From an uncultured Acidimicrobiales bacterium (GTDB lineage Bacteria > Actinomycetota > Acidimicrobiia > Acidimicrobiales > UBA10347), in contig CALSSD010000012.1 of assembly GCA_943788915.1 (NCBI GenBank), positions 1 to 64,000 on the forward strand: a DNA stretch of 64,000 nucleotides, written 5' to 3'. Positions within the stretch are counted from its first letter, which is position 1, and every line of letters starts with the position of its first letter. The notes under the pieces were generated by a model that searched no databases, was not told the origin of the DNA, and saw only the letters and a program-made list of their open reading frames with translations. The translations under genes and the position numbers were made by a program. This document shows, piece after piece, positions 49,096 through 59,895 of the stretch.

Positions 49096-52000
49096 GTGGA
49101 ACCGAAAAGCCAGTAAGGCAATTACACGCTCGAGGCGAGATTGGGTAGCGGCGCGACCGCCGATGTGTTCATGGCAACCCAGGTGAGCGTTGAACGATCT
49201 GTCGCCATCAAAGTAATGCACTCACATCTCGCCCACAGCCATGACTTCGCGGCACGGTTTCAGCGCGAGGCCCGAGCAATGGGACAGCTGCAACATCCCC
49301 ACATCGCCCGAGTGATCGATTTCGACGCGACCGGTGAACATCCCTACATGGTGATCGAGTATCTTCCCGGCGGTTCGTTGCGTGAACACCTCGACGAGCA
49401 GGACGGTCCGCTCAGCCTGGCTGATGCTGTTTCGGTCGCTAGCCAGCTGGCCGATGCGTTGCAATATGCACACGCCATCGGAATGGTCCACCGAGATATC
49501 AAACCCGCCAACGTCATGTTCGTCGATGATGCGCGACATCACGCGGTGCTGACCGACTTCGGGATTGCTCGACTTGCCGACGAAGCCATGACTGCAACCG
49601 GCGCTGTTCTTGGAACACCGGCCTACATCGCTCCCGAACAGGTCCGAGGTGAGCGAGCCGAGGCTGCTGCCGACCAGTACGGACTTGGTGTGATGCTCTA
49701 CGAGATGGTTACCGGGCACTATCCTTTCAGGCCGATTCTGTGCACGCACTCATGATGAAACACATCACTGAGCCGGTGCCGTCGGCTTGTGCGAGTAACC
49801 CGCTGGTGTCGGCGGCGCTCGACGACGTTATTCAACGGGCAATGGCCAAGTCTCCCGAGGACCGCTTCGCAGACGTCGGCCAGATGCGACTCGCCCTCGA
49901 TCAAGCGATGGCCAGCGAGATCGACACAGTAACTGGATCTGCTCAGACGGCGGGCGACTCTCGCCCGCTGGGCCGGGTAGCGAACCCGACTCTGGTGGTT
50001 GCGTACCCTGAGGCTTCGGCCGATGGAAGACGGCAGCGAGGGTGGCTCATCGCTGCCGCAATCGCCAGCGTCCTGCTGGTCGCCGGTGCCGTAGTTGGTG
50101 CAACCCAGCTACTCGGCGGCGACGATTCGACGGACGCCATCGCTGCGACTTCCGAGGACCAGGTGGAGGTCACCCCCAATGCCAGTGACGGCACCACAGC
50201 GACAGACGATGCTGCACTAGCAGGGTGCGGAAAAGCGTCCCGGTGGGGGGCTTGGCGGTTGGTTGGTGTTTGGTGATGGCGTTTGGCGGCGTGACTGGTT
50301 GCTGGTCTGGGCTCGGGTGGGTGCGGTAGCGCCATCTCGGTCTGGGGTTCAGACCACTGCGGCGTCGAGGTTGCAGATCCTGATCAGGTTGTAGGCGGCG
50401 GCTTCCATTTTGAACAACGCCCGGTTGCGTTGTTCTCCGATGTAGCGGAGTTTGCGGGCAGCGCCGACGGTTTTGATCCATCCGAAGGGTTCCTCGACCC
50501 GTTTGCGGATCCGCTGGGACACCGTGTATCCGTCGTGTCGGGTGGTGCGGCCATCAATCGCGGATCGGCGGTTACTGGTGTTCTGGGCGACGTGCGGGGT
50601 GAACCCGAGCTTGCGGACATCGGCAACGAAGTCTTTGGTGTCATAACTCTTGTCTGCTGCGATCGTGCGTCGCTGCTTGGTCGCGGGTAGCTGTCCCAAC
50701 ATGTTGGTTGCGCACGCACGTTCGGCGAACCCGGTCGCTTGGGTCAGGTCGGCGTCGACGATTAGCCCGTTGCGGTTCTCGATCAACAGATGCCCCATGT
50801 AGGACAGCTCGGCGGCGGCGTTGTTGGACTTGCGGAACAACATCGCCTCAGGATCGGTCGTGGACCTATGGGTCTTGTTCGATCGTTTCTGGCCTTTGAA
50901 ATCGACTTCGGCGTTTCGGCCCTTGAACCCGTTCCCATCGCCCTGGTCGTCGTTGCTGGGGTTGGTGGGTTTGAAGCTCTTGTTCGACGCCCACGCCTGC
51001 AACAGGGTCCCGTCAACACTGAAATGCTCCGAGGACATGTAGCGACGCAACTTCGCCTGGTGCACCACCGCAGCGAAGAACTGGTCGGCGATCTGGTGAT
51101 CCAACAGCCGTTGGCGGTTCTTGGTGAACGTCGTTGGATCGAACGCTTTCCCGTCGATCGGGATGTCGAGGAACCATTTGAACAACATGTCGTAGTTCAG
51201 CCGTTCGCAGAACGCCCGCTCCGAACGCATCGAGTACATCGCCATCAACACCGTCGACTTCAACAGGGTTTCGGGCGGCACCGACCGGCGACCCGCCGAC
51301 GCATACATCGCGTCGAACTCGCCGTCCATGCCCGCCAGCACCTCGTCCACCACCACCCGGATACGCCGGATCGGATGATCCGGCGGGATCAAATCCTCGG
51401 TCGACAACGACGACAACATCGACAACTGACGATCAGGAGTTCCACGCATCACCCCAGCATGACGAAAACCGAACCAGATCGCGAGCCCTTTTTCAGCACC
51501 CTGCTAGCACTAGCGACCGAAGCAGCCCCGGCCGATACTGAACCAGCGCTTGCACCCTCGCCAGCAACCGATCGGGAAACACCCCAGGCGGCCGTGCCAA
51601 GCTTTGACACAAAGAACATCCCGGTGCTCTTCGTGCACAACGCCACAATCCTTGACGGTCGACTTATTGTCGGCTTCGACCGATCCCGTCAACCGTCGGC
51701 GGGCACAAGCTACATGGCTTGGCTCGACGGTGTTATCGGTCCTGCCGGCGAGATCGTGATTGATCAAAACGGGCAGGCTCGACTTGATTCTGCAATGCCA
51801 GATGTGGCGCTCGTGCGCTCGTTCAGGGTGAGCGAAGAACCAACGGGATCCAACCCGTCTGCACCGTCGGGCCCGATCGTTTTTTCGACAAGCATCGACG
51901 AGCTAGCCGGTGGTGCACTAACAATCTCGGTCAGCGCGCTCGACGCTGAGGAACGTGAGCTGGGGATCGCACAAGAGCACGATCTATTGATGCGCAACGA

Positions 52001-53291
52001 AATCGAAGCTGGCAACCTCGACGAGGTTCGTCGTCATGCGGAACATGTCGTAAACATCATGGATGGCGCCGCAGGCGACACCTTCGGCGACCTTGATCGC
52101 AATGGCCGCGCCGAGAACCCGGGTGATGACATCGGAGCCCGTGGCCATCTGGCAAACGTTTCAGTGTCTGTAGCCGATGGTTTCCTTGGGACAGAATTCG
52201 CGACAGCCCAAACTCGAGCGACTGACCAGATCGCCGCTGCTGAGCGTGAGTTCCTTCGGATCCTTGCAGCAGATACGATCGGCGAAGTGAGCCTCGATGC
52301 AGGAACTGAGCAGATCGAAGCGACCGACCGAAGCCTGGCCCAGGCACGATCGCTCCTGCACGCCCAGTTCGCCATCGACCTGGTGAGCGATGCCCCGGTG
52401 CCAGCATCCGACATCGTCGGCACAGGCGTCGTATGGCTTCTGCCCTCCGGACGCGAGATCGTGCTGCGCTCCGGTCCCGGTGGGTTTCCCGTATCTGCCG
52501 ATGCGCCAACCAACCCCGAACTGTTCGTACAAGTTGGCGACGGTGCCGCTGCGACAAGGCTCGGCTTACTGGATGCGTTGAACATGTTGATCGTCTCGAT
52601 TACGGCCGATCAGCTGGCCCAGTTCGACGAGTTGATTGTGGCTGTAGACGCTCCCGATTCAGCTGGGTCCGGGTCACAGGTCATTGCTCGCATCGCTCCA
52701 CCGGTCGAAGCGTTGGCGGTAGTCGAGGCACTGTTGGCGACCGATGGCAGTCTGGCCCAGCTCAACGCCCAGGCCCAGCTTGTTATTGACCACATCGACC
52801 TGATGCAACGAGAAATCGATGGCGGTACATTTCCTGAGCTACGACGCCATGCCGATCACGTAGCGAATCTTGTCGAAGGTGCTTCAGCAGAACATTTCGG
52901 CGATCTCGATGGCGACGACGTCTCCCAAAACCCCGGCGATGACATTGGGGTACTCGCACACCTCGACGGCGTCAGCGCTGCGGTCCTGTCGTTGCCCCAG
53001 GACACTGATGAACAAGTGTTCTACACCACCATTTGGTTGGATGCGATCGAGATCATTCGTGGGCATGCAGTCGTTGTTGTTGACCAGGCGCTGCGGGTGA
53101 ACGCGACCGATTCGCCTGCCGAGGCGCAACCGTTTGTTGCGGGTGCGTTCGCATCAGGCGTGTCGATGCTCGACGGAGCCGACGCCGACGGAAATGGTGT
53201 GATCGAGATGTTCTCGGGCGAATTTGGAATCCGCAGCCTTGATGAGCAAGCTTCCACGCTCGTCGTGGCACAGATGTTCTCCGAGGGCTGA
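49096..53291 (+). pseudogene. Membrane Ser/Thr protein kinase with large ectodomain; nonsense codon, frameshift and IS insertion
   Basis: GTG 49096 MEPKSQ*GNYTLEARLGSG; VAIK, HRDIKPAN, DFG, GTPAYIAPE; 1-nt loss near 49725; TM near 50040-50115; IS 50221..51503; frame resumes to 53291. Confidence 0.88.
50221..51503 (-). mobile_element. IS5-family element, copy 2 (transposase 50349..51452)
   Basis: 1283 bp; CTAG duplication at 50217-20 and 51504-07; identical transposase. Confidence 0.96.
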
Positions 53292-53330
53292 CGCCGTTCT
53301 GGAGCGAAACCTTCAAAGGGAAGCGACCTT

Positions 53331-54491
53331 ATGACTCGACCGACGCCGCTGGCCGGAATCCGCATCATCGACCTGACCCAGGTCCTGGCTGGCCCGTACT
53401 GCACGTATCAGCTTGCTCTTCTCGGCGCCGAGGTCATCAAGGTCGAACCCCCCGGTGGCGAATGGACCCGGCTCGGAGGCGGGATCGGCGAGTTAGCTGC
53501 ACAGCGCCTTGGTTCGTTGTTCTGCGTGCAGAACAGTGACAAGCAGTTCGTCGAAGCCGACCTGAAGGACCCCGCCGACCTCGCAGCGGTATTGCACCTG
53601 ATAGACGATGCCGACGTATTCATCCAGAACTACCGCCCAGGCGTCGCCGAACGGCTCGGACTTGGCGTCGACGCGCTGCAGGCTCGAAACCCTGAGATCG
53701 TCTACTCCTCGTTGTCGGCATATGGTGCCGATGGCCCGATCGGAGGTCGACCGGCGTATGACCATGTGGTGCAAGCGATGTCGGGAATCATGGAGACGAC
53801 GGGCACCGACGAGATGGGACCGGTCAAGGTAGGCGCGCCGTATGTCGACTATGCGACGGGTTTGAACGCAGCGTTTGCGGTCATGGCAGCGCTGGCCGAA
53901 CGGACCCGAACTGGCGAGGGTCAGGTCGTCGACGTGTCGATGCTTGATACCACATTGAACCTTATGGCATCGAATATGTCAGCGGTAGCGACGACCGGCA
54001 ACGACCTACCAAAGCTCGGGAACGAGGCAGCCAGTGGATCCCCGTCGTCGGGGTGTTTCACGACTGGTGATGGCGAACACATCATGCTCGCCGCCAACAA
54101 TGAACGCCAGTTCGCTGACTTGTGCAAAGGCCTCGGCCATCCCGAATGGTCGAGCGACGAACGCTGGTCTGGACCAACCGTGCGCCGTCAGAACCAGGCT
54201 GAACTTCGCGATCTGATGGCCGAAGCGTTCGCCTCTGACAGCGCACAGGCATGGGAGGTCCGCCTCGTCAACTGCAGTGTGCCAGCGAGTCGCGTCCGCA
54301 AACTATCCGAGGTCATCGACGAGGGTCAACCAGCGGCCCGAGGACTACTTCATGACATCGACGTGGGCGTCGAGGCAACTGTTGTTCGGGTTCCTGGCAT
54401 TGGCTTTCAGCTGAATGGGGACAGTCTCGGACCACGACATGCCCCTAGACCGGTGGGCAGTGACAACGACCAGTGGCTCCGAAAGTACTGA
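53331..54491 (+). CDS. CoA-transferase family III (CaiB/BaiF)
   Basis: PLAGIRIIDLTQVLAGP, GAEVIKVEPP, NYRPG, AYDHVVQAMSG. Confidence 0.93.
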   Translation: MTRPTPLAGIRIIDLTQVLAGPYCTYQLALLGAEVIKVEPPGGEWTRLGGGIGELAAQRLGSLFCVQNSDKQFVEADLKDPADLAAVLHLIDDADVFIQNYRPGVAERLGLGVDALQARNPEIVYSSLSAYGADGPIGGRPAYDHVVQAMSGIMETTGTDEMGPVKVGAPYVDYATGLNAAFAVMAALAERTRTGEGQVVDVSMLDTTLNLMASNMSAVATTGNDLPKLGNEAASGSPSSGCFTTGDGEHIMLAANNERQFADLCKGLGHPEWSSDERWSGPTVRRQNQAELRDLMAEAFASDSAQAWEVRLVNCSVPASRVRKLSEVIDEGQPAARGLLHDIDVGVEATVVRVPGIGFQLNGDSLGPRHAPRPVGSDNDQWLRKY

Positions 54492-54567
54492 GTTCGGGAA
54501 GTGCCCACGCTGCTGACACGATCCTGCGGGTGGACTGTGAGCTCAGGCTCGAGTGCGGGCAGTTAGA

Positions 54568-55737
54568 TCAATCGGTGTCGATGGGGCGAATCACGAGTCC
54601 GCTTGGGAGTTTCGGCAAGAAGTACGTGGACTTGGGAGGCATAGCCCGACCCGTGTCGGCCACCATCATGACGTCGCGAACCGACGTTGGATAGGGCAGG
54701 AACCAGGCGTCGTAGGAGTCTGGGTTGTGGGCGTCGTCCGCGGTGTCAGCAATGAAGCTCAGCCGTGAATCAGTCCGCGGGTTGGTCACCCCAAAGAGAG
54801 GCTCGAGTATCAGGTTTTGGAGCAGATTAACATCGAGTTGGTCGTAGGCATCTGCCGGGATGAGTGCCGCTGGGATCGTGAGCACAAAACTACGGTCGTC
54901 GATGCGCACGCCGACCTGTTGACGAGCCGTCGGCCGAGGAACTTCGAGGCTTGAATCCTCGAGACCGAACTTCTCACGGAGCGCATTGAGGATGTCGGCG
55001 GTGTTGACATGTTGGTCCTTGATGGCTCGAGCGAAGGCCCACACTTTGAGTTCGTTCTCGGCGAATAACCCTGCGGGGATGTGGGGATCGGATCTGTCTT
55101 CGGCCGCGGCCAACGAAGAAGCGGCCGCTAGGCGGTGGTGCCCGTCGGTTATGTAGAGGACATCGCTGAAGCTGGCGCACAGATTCACCGCATCGTCGCC
55201 GGCCACGACCCAAAGCGAGTGTTGCATTCCATCTATCGCCACGAAGGTGATGTCGGCGTCACGCTGCGTGTGGCTGGCTAGGGAGACTGCGACCTCGGGG
55301 TGATCGTGGTGGGCAAGAGCCACAGGATTGCCAAAGATCCGGGTTGATTTCATGTACTTCAGCATCTTGCGTTCGCTTTTTGCGATCGTCGTTTCGTGAC
55401 GTTTGACGAGGCCGGTGTCGAACGCAGCGAGGGATACGTCGGCTATCAGGCCAGTCGCTATGAAAGCGCCGCGCGTCAAACGATGAATGATGACCGAAGA
55501 GTCGACCGGTCGGAGAGCATCGAGGTCGTGGCAACGTTGGAGCCACTCCATGGCCTGGGCGTGATGGGCACCAGCGCCCCGGCCAACGACATGGCGGAAG
55601 CTCAAGTCGTCTAGGCGGGAAGCGTTCTTTTGTTCGCTCGACAACATCGACGATGGCGGTCCGACAATCCGATGGGCGTGAGCCGCTGATGGAATGAAGC
55701 CGGTGAAGGGCGTGAGCAATGAAGTCATGACAGACAC
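54568..55737 (-). CDS. DUF1015 family protein
   Basis: HETT, YITDGHHR, LDV..L, MPPKSTYF.PKL.SGL. Confidence 0.88.
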   Translation of the reverse strand: MSVMTSLLTPFTGFIPSAAHAHRIVGPPSSMLSSEQKNASRLDDLSFRHVVGRGAGAHHAQAMEWLQRCHDLDALRPVDSSVIIHRLTRGAFIATGLIADVSLAAFDTGLVKRHETTIAKSERKMLKYMKSTRIFGNPVALAHHDHPEVAVSLASHTQRDADITFVAIDGMQHSLWVVAGDDAVNLCASFSDVLYITDGHHRLAAASSLAAAEDRSDPHIPAGLFAENELKVWAFARAIKDQHVNTADILNALREKFGLEDSSLEVPRPTARQQVGVRIDDRSFVLTIPAALIPADAYDQLDVNLLQNLILEPLFGVTNPRTDSRLSFIADTADDAHNPDSYDAWFLPYPTSVRDVMMVADTGRAMPPKSTYFLPKLPSGLVIRPIDTD

Positions 55738-56017
55738 ATACTGTCACCACCAGTCGCTCGATTTGTGTTTGCGGCTAGTTGGACTACTCGCCGAACCAGC
55801 GGTAGCGCTCTCGACCCGGAGGGTGTTGATCGATTCCACGATCGATCGGCTGTCCTTGCCAGCTGCAGGTGGATGCAGTGTCTGAGCCACTGGGGCGATA
55901 ATCACGCAGTTACTCGACCTCGTGTGCGAGGTGCGGTCTGTAGATCGTTTCCGCCTGGTTGAGGAGCACGCGACATGATGCGTTTTGTTGCTGCGCCAGA
56001 CCGTGGCCGTGAACTCG

Positions 56018-56647
56018 CTAGGCCTTCCGGGTGCCGACGGGAATTACCATCGTTGTCTGATTCCAGTACTCGCAGTCTGGTGGAGGCTGCAATCCTTCGA
56101 CTTTGACCAGTCTGACTTCTTCGTAATTGTCTAGCCAGAGCTTGAGATGCTCGGGTCGAAAGTCTGTCGTCTCGTCCGAATAGACAGTGAGTACACCCCC
56201 AACCTGGAGCAGGTCGCGAGCCGCCCCGATGAACGGGTAGTGGTTGCAAGAACGCTCGTCTTCGCTCAGGGGGTACGTGTCGAACAAGATGCCGTCAAAC
56301 CTCTGGCCCATCCCTGGTATGACCTCTTGCCAGAATCCTTCGACCACGGTGACCGGCGTCGAGTGCCTCTCACCCCAGTCCCTGGCGGCCTGAGCCACGA
56401 CGGGATGTGCCTCGATCACCGTGTAGGAAGCACAACCCGACTCCATGATCGCTGTCGCAGAAATGCCCACACCAAAGCCGACTTCGAGAATGTCTCCGCC
56501 GTTTCTTGTGACCTCGGTCGCAAGAACACGCATAAGAGGCTCTTCCCAACGCTGCATGACTTGCCAGCCACCAATGAGTAGCTCAACGTCGGTCAGCTCG
56601 ACCTTGAGGCTCGCCCAGTCGCGGTTGCTGGAAGGGTAACGCTTCAC
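56018..56647 (-). CDS. Class I SAM methyltransferase, guanidinoacetate N-methyltransferase/RMT2-like
   Basis: VMQRWEEPLM, ILEVGFGVGISA, IEAHP, G.WQ.V, FDGILFDTYPLSE; AGGGAG RBS before GTG. Confidence 0.85.
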   Translation of the reverse strand: MKRYPSSNRDWASLKVELTDVELLIGGWQVMQRWEEPLMRVLATEVTRNGGDILEVGFGVGISATAIMESGCASYTVIEAHPVVAQAARDWGERHSTPVTVVEGFWQEVIPGMGQRFDGILFDTYPLSEDERSCNHYPFIGAARDLLQVGGVLTVYSDETTDFRPEHLKLWLDNYEEVRLVKVEGLQPPPDCEYWNQTTMVIPVGTRKA

Positions 56648-56979
56648 AGTTCGGTGTCTCCCTGCTGGATTTCGGAGGGGATCAGTTTACAAGGTTCCGG
56701 CAACGCAACCGGCCCCGATAGCAATCGGTCCCGACAGTATGGCTCTGCCCGGGATCGGTCCGTGTTGGGCCGGCGACTTCTTCACCATCGGGAGGATGTT
56801 TGATCTCGATGCATTGGGTAGGAGCTTGTCATAGACGTTCACATGTCCTTGGGACCCGTCGTAAGTTGCCGGCCTTTCTATCATTCCCAGCCACGTAACT
56901 TAGGAATCCTTGGGTAACGGTGGCCTTCGGAAGATGCCAAATCGATGGAAGGACCCCTACTCGTACAGGGCTCTGAAGA

Positions 56980-59895
56980 TCAGGCGGTGTCGAGGTCGCG
57001 GCGTTCGAACAACGCAATACCGGTCGTTGCGGTCACCAAAGCGATAGCGCACAGAACGACGATGGATAACCAGCTCTGGTCGCTCGCCGGCAGGTGCGTG
57101 ACATGTCGAATGGGGGAGACGTTCATCGCCTGATCAGGGAGGCGGAGAAGATCACCAAACAGAAAGATGATCGCGACCAGAGCGAACACGCCCCAGGCGA
57201 TCAAAGCGAGCCGGCGCGCCCACCCGTACAGCAGAACGCCGATACCTGCCACGGCCCATAACGCGGGTACACGCGCGAGGGCAGCAGCGATCGTCTCGGT
57301 GAAGTCGGTGAACTGACCGACAACCAGAGCATCGGTAACCGATAGTCCGATGCCGGCTGCCACCATGAGCGCTGGCGCAGCAAGGGCGGTAAACACCATG
57401 TGCGACATGAGCCAGGTCCGTCGAGAGATGGCGGTTGCGAGCACCGGCTCTGCTCGACCTGCGACCTCTTCATTCCTCGGTCGAAGAAGCGACTGGATGA
57501 CTCCAGCGGTGGCGATGATTCCGGTCATGGACAGAATCACCGCGATGAAGCCGTCGCGAAGTTGGTCGCCGCTCATGCCCAGCCCTTCGAGCACTTCGAG
57601 CAACACCTCGTTGTCCTCGACGAAATCGTCGATTGCGCTAATCACTGAGCCGTAAATGCCGCCGATAAATAGCGCCCCGATTGTCCACCAAACAAGCGTC
57701 GATCGTTGGAGGCGCCAGGCAAAACCAAGTGGTGTGCCAAGCGATGATCGAGCAACGGCAGAGCCCGGCCTCTGCTGGATCATGCCAGCGCCAACATCGC
57801 GCCGCGCTGCGAATGTAATGGCGACCCCTATGGCCGCAGTGATCACCAGTATCGATACGACGAAGGGCCAGACGGCCACGTCGCCGAATGCATTGACCGC
57901 TTGCACCCAGCCGAGGGGCGAGACCATCGATAACCAGCTATCTAGGACATCGCCGATTGCTCGTAGCGCAAAGGCAACCGCCACCACCGCTAGCAGGGTG
58001 CTGAAAAAGGGCTCGCGATCTGGTTCGGTTTTCGTCATGCTGGGGTGATGCGTGGAACTCCTGATCGTCAGTTGTCGATGTTGTCGTCGTTGTCGACCGA
58101 GGATTTGATCCCGCCGGATCATCCGATCCGGCGTATCCGGGTGGTGGTGGACGAGGTGCTGGCGGGCATGGACGGCGAGTTCGACGCGATGTATGCGTCG
58201 GCGGGTCGCCGGTCGGTGCCGCCCGAAACCCTGTTGAAGTCGACGGTGTTGATGGCGATGTACTCGATGCGTTCGGAGCGGGCGTTCTGCGAACGGCTGA
58301 ACTACGACATGTTGTTCAAATGGTTCCTCGACATCCCGATCGACGGGAAAGCGTTCGATCCAACGACGTTCACCAAGAACCGCCAACGGCTGTTGGATCA
58401 CCAGATCGCCGACCAGTTCTTCGCTGCGGTGGTGCACCAGGCGAAGTTGCGTCGCTACATGTCCTCGGAGCATTTCAGTGTTGACGGGACCCTGTTGCAG
58501 GCGTGGGCGTCGAACAAGAGCTTCAAACCCACCAACCCCAGCAACGACGACCAGGGCGATGGGAACGGGTTCAAGGGCCGAAACGCCGAAGTCGATTTCA
58601 AAGGCCAGAAACGATCGAACAAGACCCATAGGTCCACGACCGATCCTGAGGCGATGTTGTTCCGCAAGTCCAACAACGCCGCCGCCGAGCTGTCCTACAT
58701 GGGGCATCTGTTGATCGAGAACCGCAACGGGCTAATCGTCGACGCCGACCTGACCCAAGCGACCGGGTTCGCCGAACGTGCGTGCGCAACCAACATGTTG
58801 GGACAGCTACCCGCGACCAAGCAGCGACGCACGATCGCAGCAGACAAGAGTTATGACACCAAAGACTTCGTTGCCGATGTCCGCAAGCTCGGGTTCACCC
58901 CGCACGTCGCCCAGAACACCAGTAACCGCCGATCCGCGATTGATGGCCGCACCACCCGACACGACGGATACACGGTGTCCCAGCGGATCCGCAAACGGGT
59001 CGAGGAACCCTTCGGATGGATCAAAACCGTCGGCGCTGCCCGCAAACTCCGCTACATCGGAGAACAACGCAACCGGGCGTTGTTCAAAATGGAAGCCGCC
59101 GCCTACAACCTGATCAGGATCTGCAACCTCGACGCCGCAGTGGTCTGAACCCCAGACCGAGATGGCGCTACCGCACCCACCCGAGCCCAGACCAGCAACC
59201 AGTCACGCCGCCAAACGCCATCACCAAACACCAACCAACCGCCAAGCCCCCCACCGGGACGCTTTTCCGCACCCTGCTAGCTGGGCGCCGGTGGCAGCTC
59301 TGCTGTACTCGAACACTTGGACCCAAATCAGCGCAATCGCAGCGAACAACAGACCACACAAGGTCAGGCTTGCGCCATACAGCAACGTCCGGCCAGCGGC
59401 CTGGCCATCGGCGATGAAGACGACACTCGTGCCAAGCCCAAGAATGAAGTTGGCTGCCAAAGCAACGATGCCCACCGCTGCCAATGCACTCCACGGTCCA
59501 ACCGAAGCTGCCCTGACCAGCTCTGCTCGGCCGGACTCTTCTTCGGACCAGGTGTGGCGAGCGATCAACAGGATGTTCATGAGCGCGACGATGGCGGGCG
59601 TGAACGCTCCGATCTCAAACGCGTAACGGCCCCCGAACGTGTCGAGTGCATCCGGCGGCCCCTGCAATGCGATTGAAGCCCCGTTGGTCTCCAGCAACTG
59701 CGCTTGTTCGGCAAGCACCTGTGCGGCGGGGATTTCCCTTTTTTCTGCCTCGGCGTCGATGATGGCCCGGAGCGAGAACGGGGTGATTGCCACTAGCGTG
59801 AGCAATCCAAGAAGCCACAAGGTCAGCTTGATCCGGTCGAGACGCAGGAGTAAACGCACGAGGTGCTGCGTGCCAGCGAAACGGTTCGTGGACAT
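56980..59895 (-). pseudogene. ABC-2 type exporter permease split by IS copy 3
   Basis: EEESGRAEL, RAIGD, SPLGW, RRDVGAG, EE..GRAE, FERRDL; halves rejoin in frame (AQL-AVVAVAF) on removing IS plus one CTAG. Confidence 0.9.
57994..59276 (+). mobile_element. IS5-family element, copy 3 (transposase 58045..59148)
   Basis: 1283 bp; CTAG duplication at 57990-93 and 59277-80. Confidence 0.96.

Noticed and set aside
50790..53291. 833-aa ORF (also the 575-aa ORF 56980..58707 and 288-aa ORF 24236..25102) as novel proteins
   Set aside because: The first about 240 aa are the antisense frame of the IS transposase; the rest is flanking host sequence.
56687..56884. 65-aa ORF before the methyltransferase as a RiPP precursor
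   Set aside because: No leader/core pattern and no other maturases or protease nearby.
56955..56970. ACGA-loop hairpin (minus strand) as a guanidine-II riboswitch
   Set aside because: Only one hairpin, about 300 nt from the start codon and right after the permease stop; a terminator is more likely.
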